Shown here: piece after piece, positions 10,753-20,520 of the stretch
Numbering within the stretch: the stretch's first letter is position 1
How the letters are laid out: each line of letters starts with the position of its first letter
Virus record (IMG/VR): IMGVR_UViG_3300020055_000012
Coordinates: 1-64,000 of that record
DNA length: 64,000 bases
Source: a virus
Reading direction: 5' to 3' (one strand)
Notes under the pieces: model-generated
Told to the model about the DNA's origin: nothing
Databases searched by the model: none
The model's input: the letters and a program-made list of their open reading frames with translations, nothing else
Program-made: the position numbers and the translations under genes

Positions 10753-13686
10753 ATGAAAGAAAAAATAAAAATAGTATTAGGCAAAAAAGATGTTTTCCCT
10801 TACGAAAACAATGATACTTTTGTTAATTTAGAACTTTCCAGAGATTCTGATGAATTAGTAAATGAAATAATAAATAATAATTTTAATTTAAATGACCAAT
10901 TTATAAAAGAAAGAGAAAGGTCTTTAAAGTTTTGTGTTTATGGGATTTGTGAAGCTAATTTTGCAAATACTGAAAATACAAACATACAAATATCAACAAA
11001 TCATTTAGATTCAATTTATGCTCCTAAATTTAGCACAAACATAGAGCCTAAAGCTTTTCATAATATAAAAACTGTACCACTATCATACAATGGCAGACTA
11101 AGTAAAAACATATTTTTAAACAAAAAAAGTTCTTATTATTTTATTTTTGAATTAAGTCCTATTAGAATTAATAATTTAGGAGAAACTAAAGAATTAATTT
11201 TAAAAATAAGAAATGATAGAGATAAGGTTTATGCTAATATAAAAATCCCTTTTTTACATTATAATTCAGAAGGAGTTAAAATACCTTTTGGTACAGAAAC
11301 TGTAGAAATTGATTTAAATGGTAATCAAACTATTGTAGATAATGATTATAAATTTCTTTATGATACTCATTGGATTAGAGCAGATTTAAATTTGCTTAGA
11401 CCTCCTAAAGTTTCTTTTTTAAATTCTTTAGAAAATGAATTTATAAATAATGCAACTTCTTTATTACAAAACCCTCAAATACAAAACACTTCTAAAGAAG
11501 TTATAGATGAGCTTCAAAATTCTATAAATAATTCATTTCAGTCTACAGATATAAACAACGCTACTATAGAAGAAAGTTTTGGAAAAGTAGATGAAAATTT
11601 TTCAGAGCCATTTGAATTTTTTGTAAAACTAGATTATCCTAGTGTATATGGAATAGAAGAAGTCGATGTTATTGTAAAGGAAGATGGAACAGTAAGAAAC
11701 CCTAATAAAGATTTTATTTTTACAACTAAAACTTTAAAATGGGATATAGGAGAGCAATATAAAAAAGTATCAGTAGAAATTGTTGATGATTTATTTGTAG
11801 AAGATACAGAAAATGTAACGTTTGGGTTTAATAATTTTAAATATGTAGATGAGAGCGATACGAATAATGAATTCTTTTTAACAATAGAAGACAAAGACAA
11901 GCCTATACCTGTTAGGTTTGCAATACCTTCACAAGAAGTTCTTGAAGGCGACAAAACTCTTTCTATAGATGTTTTTCTGGATAGACCAATGAATGTTCCA
12001 AATCAAACAGTAACAGTATATGCTGATTTGGCTGAATCTACAGCTATAATCGGAGAAAATTTTTTAGGAACTGACTCTACAACTGTAAACACCACAGTTG
12101 AACAAGTTAACTATACAATAAATATAGATGTAAATACAAGAGTTCCGTTTCCTTCACTTTTTGGAGGTTCAAATAAGGCAGGTAAAATTGTAAGAAAAGA
12201 TGGTGGAAGTTTTTTAGATGATGGATTTTCTGTAGGTTCTGTAATAACATATAATTCACAAAAAAACGGAATTCCTATAGATACAAATTTAGAGATAAAA
12301 ATAATAGAAGTAACTACAGATACTTTACTTTTAGAAAATGATTCACTTTTTTATAGTAGATTTCCTAATAGAAATGAAAATATAGAAGCAAGCTTTTCTT
12401 TTGAATTTGAAAGAGAGATTTTTGGAAAGTTTGAAAAAGTAATTAGCCTTAGAGAAGGAGTTTCTAGTTTTAAGTTTGATATTGATATATTAAATGATTT
12501 TAGTTATTCTAACGATTTAAATATAAAATTAAAACTTAAAGACCCAACTCAAAACGCTATTATATCACCAGACGTTGAAAATGAGCATATCATAACCATA
12601 AAAGATTCAATGATACCAAATTTTACTAGATTTGTGATTCCTGGAAATAAAGAGAAGGGTTTTGGAATGTTTAGAATGAACGATTATTTACTAACAGAGA
12701 GGCAACAGTTAAATTTACTTTGTATAGACGCACCTCCAATAGTTCCGCCCAGTACTCTTACTCCTGGTGCTCTTACTTCAGATTTTAAATATACAATAAC
12801 TGTTACAAATTTAGGTGAACCTATATTTATTGAGGATGAATCTTTTAATATAGACCAAAAAGCTGAATCGATAGAATTATCTTTTCCAAAAGGAACAAAA
12901 TACGTTGGAACTAATGAGATTGTAACTTCATTTAATGTTGAAACTTATTCTACAAGTTCAACCAGCCAGCCAGAAATAAGTGCTGGATTTAAAACTGTAA
13001 AAATAGATTTGCCTTCTAATTTTGGTCTAAAAAAACAATTGAATCAATTTTTAAAAACTAAATATAAAATTCAAATAGAAGCAGAGCCTATTCAGTCTAC
13101 CAGCAGTTTTGCTAGTACTGTCGCTTTTGGGCAACAAACCACAGAGACAGCATTTATAAATTCTAGAAAATTTAGCAAAGTAACTATTGATTTAGACCCT
13201 AATGGAAACGAAGCTACACCTTTAGCTAAAAATTCTACATATTTCTTAACTAGTAGATTAGAATCTATTAATACTAGAATATTTAGAATTCCTACAGGCG
13301 TAGAGCAGACAGAAGTAGTTGATGAGAATGGAAATGTTATTACATTTAATCTTCCAACTAGCATACTTCGACCTAGAGATGAAATTGTAATACCAGCACT
13401 ACCACCTGTTACATCATCAAACATTCTAAAGAGAATAGAAATGAATGGAACTGTATTTTTGTCTGATGTATTTGAAAATCCTAATGTTAATCCTACAGGT
13501 TTTTTTGCAGGAGGAATTTTTGGAGAAACATACACTAAAGTTTTAGAAAGAAAATTTAGTAAATCACAAATAGAATACATAACATGTAGTGCCACTACTT
13601 ATAATGATACTCTTATACCTTGTGAAGCTTTTCCAAGTCCTTATACATCATCTCAAGAACAGTTTGATGCGTTACAATCTACATAA
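10753..13686 (+). CDS. Structural protein with Calx-beta/Ig-like domains
   Basis: DFIFTTKTLKWDIGEQYKKVSVEIVDDLFVEDTENVTF is a Calx-beta-like repeat, and a second degenerate copy follows. Confidence 0.55.
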   Translation: MKEKIKIVLGKKDVFPYENNDTFVNLELSRDSDELVNEIINNNFNLNDQFIKERERSLKFCVYGICEANFANTENTNIQISTNHLDSIYAPKFSTNIEPKAFHNIKTVPLSYNGRLSKNIFLNKKSSYYFIFELSPIRINNLGETKELILKIRNDRDKVYANIKIPFLHYNSEGVKIPFGTETVEIDLNGNQTIVDNDYKFLYDTHWIRADLNLLRPPKVSFLNSLENEFINNATSLLQNPQIQNTSKEVIDELQNSINNSFQSTDINNATIEESFGKVDENFSEPFEFFVKLDYPSVYGIEEVDVIVKEDGTVRNPNKDFIFTTKTLKWDIGEQYKKVSVEIVDDLFVEDTENVTFGFNNFKYVDESDTNNEFFLTIEDKDKPIPVRFAIPSQEVLEGDKTLSIDVFLDRPMNVPNQTVTVYADLAESTAIIGENFLGTDSTTVNTTVEQVNYTINIDVNTRVPFPSLFGGSNKAGKIVRKDGGSFLDDGFSVGSVITYNSQKNGIPIDTNLEIKIIEVTTDTLLLENDSLFYSRFPNRNENIEASFSFEFEREIFGKFEKVISLREGVSSFKFDIDILNDFSYSNDLNIKLKLKDPTQNAIISPDVENEHIITIKDSMIPNFTRFVIPGNKEKGFGMFRMNDYLLTERQQLNLLCIDAPPIVPPSTLTPGALTSDFKYTITVTNLGEPIFIEDESFNIDQKAESIELSFPKGTKYVGTNEIVTSFNVETYSTSSTSQPEISAGFKTVKIDLPSNFGLKKQLNQFLKTKYKIQIEAEPIQSTSSFASTVAFGQQTTETAFINSRKFSKVTIDLDPNGNEATPLAKNSTYFLTSRLESINTRIFRIPTGVEQTEVVDENGNVITFNLPTSILRPRDEIVIPALPPVTSSNILKRIEMNGTVFLSDVFENPNVNPTGFFAGGIFGETYTKVLERKFSKSQIEYITCSATTYNDTLIPCEAFPSPYTSSQEQFDALQST

Positions 13687-13719
13687 ACAAATAAATAAAT
13701 CATTAATATTTATTAATAT

Positions 13720-14037
13720 ATGGAAGATGTTCAAAGACATAAAATAAGAATAAATAAATTTGAAGGTGGTATTATAAGAACTGATGGAGTTATAGCGGAT
13801 ACTTACGATAAAGACTTCTATATAACTATATCTATATTTAAAGATATAACCATAAACGAATATGTAGATATTGAAATAGACCCTTTAAAAACAGAAGTTC
13901 AAAGACAATTTGTAAATCCTTATTTTATAGAGTTAGGATTTTTTAGAGATATAAAATCTGTAACACCAAAACAAAACTCAATCGACTCTTCAGTTGAGGT
14001 TAAAGCTCAAAAATATGGAATAAAAATAAATAAATGA
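13720..14037 (+). CDS. Hypothetical protein
   Basis: ORF track; operon-like spacing. Confidence 0.5.
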   Translation: MEDVQRHKIRINKFEGGIIRTDGVIADTYDKDFYITISIFKDITINEYVDIEIDPLKTEVQRQFVNPYFIELGFFRDIKSVTPKQNSIDSSVEVKAQKYGIKINK

Positions 14038-14849
14038 TTAGGAGGTATAAAATATTAAAAAACTTTGGAACTTTAGATGCACCTAGACCTGAGCCAACTT
14101 CTAAATTAATAAACCAATCTGGTTATTTAGTTTATGATAATGCATCAATAACTCCTAATCAATTAGTTGACGAAAACAATGTAATACAATATTTAGAAAA
14201 CCCAGACAATGCTAAGGTTACAAATGCATTTGTAGAATATTTAAGAAACGCACTAACACCAGAAGAGTTTGAATTTATATATACTAAACCTTATAAAGTA
14301 TATCCTCTATTAAATAATTATTACGAACAAAAGGTAAAACTTAACGAAAAGCCATCTGAATTTCTTTTGTATTATAGTTTGCTTTCTACAAAAAATGTAG
14401 AATTTAAGGATAACAATTTTGATTACGAAACTAAAGAAAGAATAAACAAATCTTTAAATAAACTTATACAAGTAAATAGTGGTTCTACAGAATTAGAAAT
14501 ACAATATGAAACACAAGGAAGTCGAGTAGACGGAAGCACTTATGACGTATTCCAATCTGCAGGACAAAATTTTGAATTAACTTCTGGAGATACGCAAGAT
14601 GATTATTATCTATATATACAAATAGACCAAAAAATAGGTCAAGTTTTATCAACAGATTATTCTAAATATTATGCAGACTGCATAGAAGATGGAGTTGTTT
14701 TAAAAAATTGTTTTGTAGATTTAAATAAAAAAACTGACCCTTTTGAAGTTTGGACTGATAACTTTTTTAATAGCACAAATAAACAAAGAGGTGGATTATC
14801 ACCAGCCAAAGGTTCAAAAAACTCTAAGTCTAGCAGTAGAAGGCGATAA
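14034..14849 (+). CDS. Hypothetical protein
   Basis: ORF track; ATGA overlap with the upstream gene. Confidence 0.55.
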   Translation: MIRRYKILKNFGTLDAPRPEPTSKLINQSGYLVYDNASITPNQLVDENNVIQYLENPDNAKVTNAFVEYLRNALTPEEFEFIYTKPYKVYPLLNNYYEQKVKLNEKPSEFLLYYSLLSTKNVEFKDNNFDYETKERINKSLNKLIQVNSGSTELEIQYETQGSRVDGSTYDVFQSAGQNFELTSGDTQDDYYLYIQIDQKIGQVLSTDYSKYYADCIEDGVVLKNCFVDLNKKTDPFEVWTDNFFNSTNKQRGGLSPAKGSKNSKSSSRRR

Positions 14850-14953
14850 ACAAATAACTCCTGAAGCTATTCAAAAATCTTATAAAACAAAAAACGAATA
14901 AATCTTTCAAAATATTTTTAATTCATTATATTTATATTAAATAAAAGATTGTT

Positions 14954-15838
14954 ATGAGTGTAGGTATATACGGTACTAAAAAACTTGCAGATGTTACTGC
15001 TGAAGATGTAGATATATTATATGCATATAGCCCAGATAGAGAGTCTACAGGTGAACTATCTTTTAAGCCATTATATGATACTATTAGTGAAAATGATTTG
15101 CTAAAAATGTTAGGCGCTGATGGAATGTATAAATTAAGACTACCATCAAATGTATTTACAGAATTAGGATTTTACTCAGTAGTAATAAAGCCAAAAACTT
15201 TTAGATTACAAATAACAGATTGTTCAGTTGTTGTTACAGAAGATGAAGTTGGAGTTCAAATTTCTAAAAAAGGAATTATAATACCTTCATCTCAATTTAA
15301 AAAAACAAATACTTTAGTTGGTTGGTCTATTGAATATATAGACAAGAATACTGGATTAAAAATAAAAAATTCTAATAAAATTATAACTAGTAGTGATTTA
15401 GTTTCTCCTGCAACAAATAACAATACTGTAAATAGAGGGGCAATTAGTTATGTGCTAGACCCAGCAGGAGCTAGTTTGTTTCTAACTGTAAGTCCAGACG
15501 AAGGAAGCTTGGTTTCTGGAAAGGGTGGAGGAAATATAGGTTCAGCTGGTCAAGAAATATTCTTAACCAATACTTATTTCGACCCAGTTCATATAGAAGT
15601 TGAAATGGTAGAGCATGATGTTAAAACTCTATCTTATGCACTTTATGGAAATACAACAAGAGATAATTCAACTGGTATATTAACTTATTTTGATGAGAAT
15701 GGAAATATCTACAGACAATATAACTTATATACTAGAAAGAAAGATTTCAATGATGGAAGTGTAGATATTAGACAAATTAGAGAAACTATTAATGTAAATC
15801 AAGATTTCAGAACAATATCACAAGGTCTTGATTCATAA
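14954..15838 (+). CDS. Hypothetical virion protein
   Basis: 294 aa ORF in the structural block. Confidence 0.5.
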   Translation: MSVGIYGTKKLADVTAEDVDILYAYSPDRESTGELSFKPLYDTISENDLLKMLGADGMYKLRLPSNVFTELGFYSVVIKPKTFRLQITDCSVVVTEDEVGVQISKKGIIIPSSQFKKTNTLVGWSIEYIDKNTGLKIKNSNKIITSSDLVSPATNNNTVNRGAISYVLDPAGASLFLTVSPDEGSLVSGKGGGNIGSAGQEIFLTNTYFDPVHIEVEMVEHDVKTLSYALYGNTTRDNSTGILTYFDENGNIYRQYNLYTRKKDFNDGSVDIRQIRETINVNQDFRTISQGLDS

Positions 15839-16474
15839 TTATAAACCTGTTCCGTAACAAATAATAGCAGTAGAACCAGACTTAATAAGAGTTACAGATG
15901 TATGTATATCACTACAAACATTTAATTGGCCGTTTGTTACACCGTTTAAGGTGTAATTAGACCCAAAAGGAACAGTTGCTCCAATTCTTACGCTTCCACC
16001 TGTGCCATCTTTTATTTTTATCATTTCGAATGTAGTACCTTCTGGCACTTTACTGCCAATCAGACTAGTTAAATTAAAGTTGTATTGCCCAACAGCGCCT
16101 CCTCCTGTTAAATCATCTTTAATAAAAATTACCTCATCTCCTAAAGTATATCCTTTTGTTGGGCTTGTGCTATAATCGCTATTAGTTATAGTAACTTGCC
16201 TAACGCTTTTAATTCTACCATTAGTTTTTGTTATGCCATTTACTGTTAAATCTTCTTGTATTATAGTGTCTCCACTTACTATTAAATCTTCTTCTATTGT
16301 AGTATCTCCAGATATTACAACGTCACCACTAACAGTACCTCCAGTAAGAGCTAAAAAAGAACCTTTAACATTACTTATATTTCTTGCTAAAGTTCTTTTA
16401 TTAACAGCATCTTTATCATATAAAGGGTCTGCTAAATTTTCTCCTCTATTATTTCCAAAATCTACTCTAGCCAT
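15839..16474 (-). CDS. Short tail fibre-like protein
   Basis: DPLYDKDAVNKR and LTGGTVSGD motifs plus a repeated SGDTxIxEDLxV. Confidence 0.5.
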   Translation of the reverse strand: MARVDFGNNRGENLADPLYDKDAVNKRTLARNISNVKGSFLALTGGTVSGDVVISGDTTIEEDLIVSGDTIIQEDLTVNGITKTNGRIKSVRQVTITNSDYSTSPTKGYTLGDEVIFIKDDLTGGGAVGQYNFNLTSLIGSKVPEGTTFEMIKIKDGTGGSVRIGATVPFGSNYTLNGVTNGQLNVCSDIHTSVTLIKSGSTAIICYGTGL

Positions 16475-16476
16475 AA

Positions 16477-18516
16477 TTATTTAAATAATATTTGAACTAT
16501 ACCATAATTTCCATCATAGTCTTTTATTGATTTTAGTACATGGTAATCAGTACCATTTATAGCCATACCATTAGTGTCAAAACTAACTTTATCAGTATTT
16601 ATTTGTTCAGAAGTTCTAACATGTAACTTTCCTAATAAACCAATTGGAGACCATTCTTTTCTTTCTTCTCTATCTTTATATTCTTGATTTATGTCAAAGT
16701 CTGGATTTATTCTAGGCACTTTTTTGTCTTTAACAAATTCTTTATCATCTAAATCTCCATTATATAAAACTCCTGAAACATTATTTCCTGAAGGATATTC
16801 TATATAAGCTGTTTCATTATCGCTTATATAAACTTCTGTTTGACCACTGTTTACCTTGTAAACCTTATAAGTATCTATTATATTTCTTCCAAACTCATCA
16901 GATAAGAATGTATTTTTCCATTTAAAAACTTGAGTATCAGCTATCACACCAGGGTGTGAAGAAACTATTCCTATTATATTAGAATTTCCAATTTCTATTT
17001 TATCATTAACTATAGATGCTGCATATCCATATCTTTTTTCGTTGTTTGGATTTCCATCATTCCATTCAAAATACTCAGCGTAATCTGCAGTACCTACACT
17101 TAAGCCGCCAAGCCAATACCCTGTAAAGCCTGTAGTATTGCAATCTAAAACTATTGTTCTTGCGCCAGAATCACCAGCTTGAAAAGATTCAATATAATTG
17201 ATATCCTCTGCAACAAAGTTTTCACCAGCGAGATATAAAAAATCTCTATTAGTACTATCATTAGCAATTACTACATTTCCACCTAAAGTGACCGCATTAG
17301 ACAACCCATTCCCTCCAGTAGGGCAAGCCAAGATGTTACTATCACCTCCTAAAATAATATTATTATCAAATCCAAACCCTCCAGATAAATCGTGGGACCT
17401 ATTTATATAATGGCTTTCTCCTCCAATTATAACAGTATTAGATTGTTCAGGGCCAGTAATAAGATTTAATAACCCTCCAACTATAGCAGAATTGTTTAAA
17501 TCAGGCTCGTTAGGAAGCCACCCAGAACCATTATATTTAGTAATCCTCTGTTGATTTCCTCCAATTATAACACAATTGTTTGTATAATTATCATTACTAT
17601 CTGTTGGTACTGTGGTAAAATTCGAACCAGAACCAATATTGTTAGTTCTACCACCTATAATTGAACCTCTATCTGAATATCCAACATAAGAGTCTATAGC
17701 GCTTAATATAGAACATGTATCAGAACGAAATATATCATTTCGGTTAGACCCAATATAACTAATAGAACCACCAACAATAGAAGACCTAGTAGCATTTGTT
17801 ATATAGCCAGCTGTTCCTGCCATTACTAAATTACCTTCGTTTAGAGGTGCAACCTTACCTACTGTACTTAGGGTATTTTCTATTTCAGACCTTCTTGAAC
17901 CAATTATAAAAGAACTAGTAGCACCACTAATCCAAGAATCATCAGAAGCAATAATAGCAGAATCGGTACTTACTGTATAATCAGTAATACCCGTTTCATC
18001 TCCATCTTCAATAAGACAATCTAATGAAGCAATTATAGATTGACCAGCACCCAGATTATTATCATTTGAAGCAATACTAGAATTTGAAGAAGCTAAAATA
18101 GTAACTTTATTAGCATAAGAGCTACCATCACTAGGATATACATTGCAGTTTTCTGAGTATATAAAACTATTATCAGACCTATTTATAGTATTTCCTGAAC
18201 CTCCAACAAAAGAATGGTCTGATTCCAATAAATTATTATTTGAACCCTCTACGTGTGTCGCGGTTGCACCAGCTATATCATTATCTGAACCAATAACTCT
18301 TGAATAGCTTGAAACTAATCCAATAGAATTTCTTGCTCCTTGAACCATGGTAAAAGAAGAAGATGTAGAATTTTCATCAGATGGAGAAGTTAAAGATAAA
18401 ACATCATAAAAAACAGTGCCACCAGTCCAAAAGCTATTAAGCTCAGTAATTGCATCGTTAACTTTAATTCTTCCTTCATTAAAAGTGTCACCAGTAAGTA
18501 ATATTTCAAAAGCCAT
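16477..18516 (-). CDS. Tail spike/appendage with a C-terminal Peptidase_G2-type autocleavage chaperone domain (paralog 3)
   Basis: SAIIGG/N-rich beta-helix repeats; ADYAEYFEWNDGN...RKEWSPIGLLGKL as in the phi29 gp12 C-terminus. Confidence 0.75.
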   Translation of the reverse strand: MAFEILLTGDTFNEGRIKVNDAITELNSFWTGGTVFYDVLSLTSPSDENSTSSSFTMVQGARNSIGLVSSYSRVIGSDNDIAGATATHVEGSNNNLLESDHSFVGGSGNTINRSDNSFIYSENCNVYPSDGSSYANKVTILASSNSSIASNDNNLGAGQSIIASLDCLIEDGDETGITDYTVSTDSAIIASDDSWISGATSSFIIGSRRSEIENTLSTVGKVAPLNEGNLVMAGTAGYITNATRSSIVGGSISYIGSNRNDIFRSDTCSILSAIDSYVGYSDRGSIIGGRTNNIGSGSNFTTVPTDSNDNYTNNCVIIGGNQQRITKYNGSGWLPNEPDLNNSAIVGGLLNLITGPEQSNTVIIGGESHYINRSHDLSGGFGFDNNIILGGDSNILACPTGGNGLSNAVTLGGNVVIANDSTNRDFLYLAGENFVAEDINYIESFQAGDSGARTIVLDCNTTGFTGYWLGGLSVGTADYAEYFEWNDGNPNNEKRYGYAASIVNDKIEIGNSNIIGIVSSHPGVIADTQVFKWKNTFLSDEFGRNIIDTYKVYKVNSGQTEVYISDNETAYIEYPSGNNVSGVLYNGDLDDKEFVKDKKVPRINPDFDINQEYKDREERKEWSPIGLLGKLHVRTSEQINTDKVSFDTNGMAINGTDYHVLKSIKDYDGNYGIVQILFK

Positions 18517-18534
18517 TTTTAATTTTTTTTATAA

Positions 18535-20514
18535 TCATTTAAATAACACTCTAACTATTCCATAATTTCCATCATAGTCTTTTGTTTTTTCTAAAACATA
18601 ATATGAACTACCATTTATAGCCATTCCATTAGCATCAACATCTACTTTGTTTCCTGTTATTTGTTCAGATGTTTTTACATATAATTTTCCTAAAAGCCCT
18701 ATAGGAGACCATTCTTTTCTATCTTTTCTTGCTATATATTCTTCATTTTTATCAAAATTAGGATTCATTCTTGGAAATGTTTTTGTTCTAACAAATTCTT
18801 TATCTGAATCATCTCCATCATAAAACTCTCCCATTATATCTATAGGTGAAGGTGGATAAGAATATTTATTATTATTTTCGTCTATATAAATTGTAGCATC
18901 TGTTTTGCCACTTATTTTTACTTCATAAACTTTATAAGTATCATAAATTATTCTATCAAAATCATCTTGTAAATAAGTTTCTTTCCATTGTAGACTGGCA
19001 GAATCTCCAACCACTGCTGGATTTGCTGATACAATTCCTAATATATTTGAATTTCCTATTTCAATTTTTCCTCCTACTAAAGAAACAAAATAACCAACTC
19101 TATCTTCATTAGAAGCGTTTCCATCGTTCCATTCAAAATATTCAGCATAATCGGCAGGACTACCAACGTTTATGGCATCTTCTAAAAGTCCTTGCCCATT
19201 GCTCATATTAAATCTAACTGTTTTATTTGCATAAGCAGCAGACCCAGCAGCGGCATAACCCATAATGATTTGGTTATCAGTAGGAGTTGTACAGCCAAAA
19301 AATCCACATGGACGTGTTAGAGTTCTAGAACTCGCTATCATAATGGTATTGGTAGACGCACTAATTGTACTGCTATTACAACCAATCATAACATTATTAT
19401 CATCCCCAGTAGTACCAAAAATCACACAATCATCACTTGCAATCATAACACTATTATCAGAAGCTGTAGTTGGATTACCGTCTAAGTATCCTACAGTACT
19501 ATTAAAGCTAGCAATAATTGCGTTGTTTTCACCTCCTTGTATACGATTTCGAGCACCACCTAGAATTACACCATGTTTAGCACCAGCAAAAGCTAAAGAA
19601 GCTCCATAACTATCTATTATATTTCTATTTCCTCCAATAATTGCAGAATCTTTACTAGAAAAAGCATCTGAAGCAGTATTTAATGTGTTCTTAATTTCAT
19701 TTCTATCACCCGCTAAAATTAAGCTATGTTCTAAAGTTTGACCTGTAGAACCTATAGATGAAACAATAGAAGATGTTGTACCAGTTCTTATTGCGTTTGG
19801 ACCTATACCTGAAACAGAAGACCCAGTTATACCACCTAGTATAGTACACCCTGCTGAATCAGAAATTTGATTATCATTACCGCCAGCAATAGCATTCCAA
19901 GCAAAAAGACCATTATCTTCATTATATATAGTATTTCCCCTACCTCCTAATATGCTATTATAACCAACTCCACCACCTCCTGAAACGTTGCTTTCAAGTG
20001 TATTAGATACACCACCACCAATAAAAGCCCATTCATTATTTCGTATAGTGTTTCCACTACCTACAAATATGGCAGTATGTTGAGACGCATCTGTACTATC
20101 TTCAACAATAGAATTTTGTTGTCCACCAACTATTGCTGTATATATAGAAGCAGTATTGTTATTTTCTCCAAAACAAAAAGAATAAGGTCTACTAGCAACA
20201 GAGTTTATTCCACCTGCAAAAGCGCTCCCACCAGCTGTGGTTCCCGAACCTATAGCATGACCATAACTTCCTGAAACAGTTGTTAACTCACCTTCAGCAA
20301 AAGCAAGACCAGATGGTGTTCCATTGGCAGTAGTCCCAGAGCCTGATGCGTAAGAATAATCTCCAAAAGCAGTATTAGCACTATTGCTAATAGCAACAAC
20401 AGAATAAGCACCAGTATTACCAGATGCCCAAAGACCAGTAGTAGCAGAAAAAGCACCATTAATTAAATCAACTGCTTCAAATGTAGTATTGCTTGTAATT
20501 ATTAATTCTGGCAT
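18535..20514 (-). CDS. Tail spike/appendage with a Peptidase_G2-type domain (paralog 2)
   Basis: Same architecture; PADYAEYFEWNDGN and RKEWSPIGLLGKL. Confidence 0.75.
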   Translation of the reverse strand: MPELIITSNTTFEAVDLINGAFSATTGLWASGNTGAYSVVAISNSANTAFGDYSYASGSGTTANGTPSGLAFAEGELTTVSGSYGHAIGSGTTAGGSAFAGGINSVASRPYSFCFGENNNTASIYTAIVGGQQNSIVEDSTDASQHTAIFVGSGNTIRNNEWAFIGGGVSNTLESNVSGGGGVGYNSILGGRGNTIYNEDNGLFAWNAIAGGNDNQISDSAGCTILGGITGSSVSGIGPNAIRTGTTSSIVSSIGSTGQTLEHSLILAGDRNEIKNTLNTASDAFSSKDSAIIGGNRNIIDSYGASLAFAGAKHGVILGGARNRIQGGENNAIIASFNSTVGYLDGNPTTASDNSVMIASDDCVIFGTTGDDNNVMIGCNSSTISASTNTIMIASSRTLTRPCGFFGCTTPTDNQIIMGYAAAGSAAYANKTVRFNMSNGQGLLEDAINVGSPADYAEYFEWNDGNASNEDRVGYFVSLVGGKIEIGNSNILGIVSANPAVVGDSASLQWKETYLQDDFDRIIYDTYKVYEVKISGKTDATIYIDENNNKYSYPPSPIDIMGEFYDGDDSDKEFVRTKTFPRMNPNFDKNEEYIARKDRKEWSPIGLLGKLYVKTSEQITGNKVDVDANGMAINGSSYYVLEKTKDYDGNYGIVRVLFK

Positions 20515-20520
20515 CTTAAT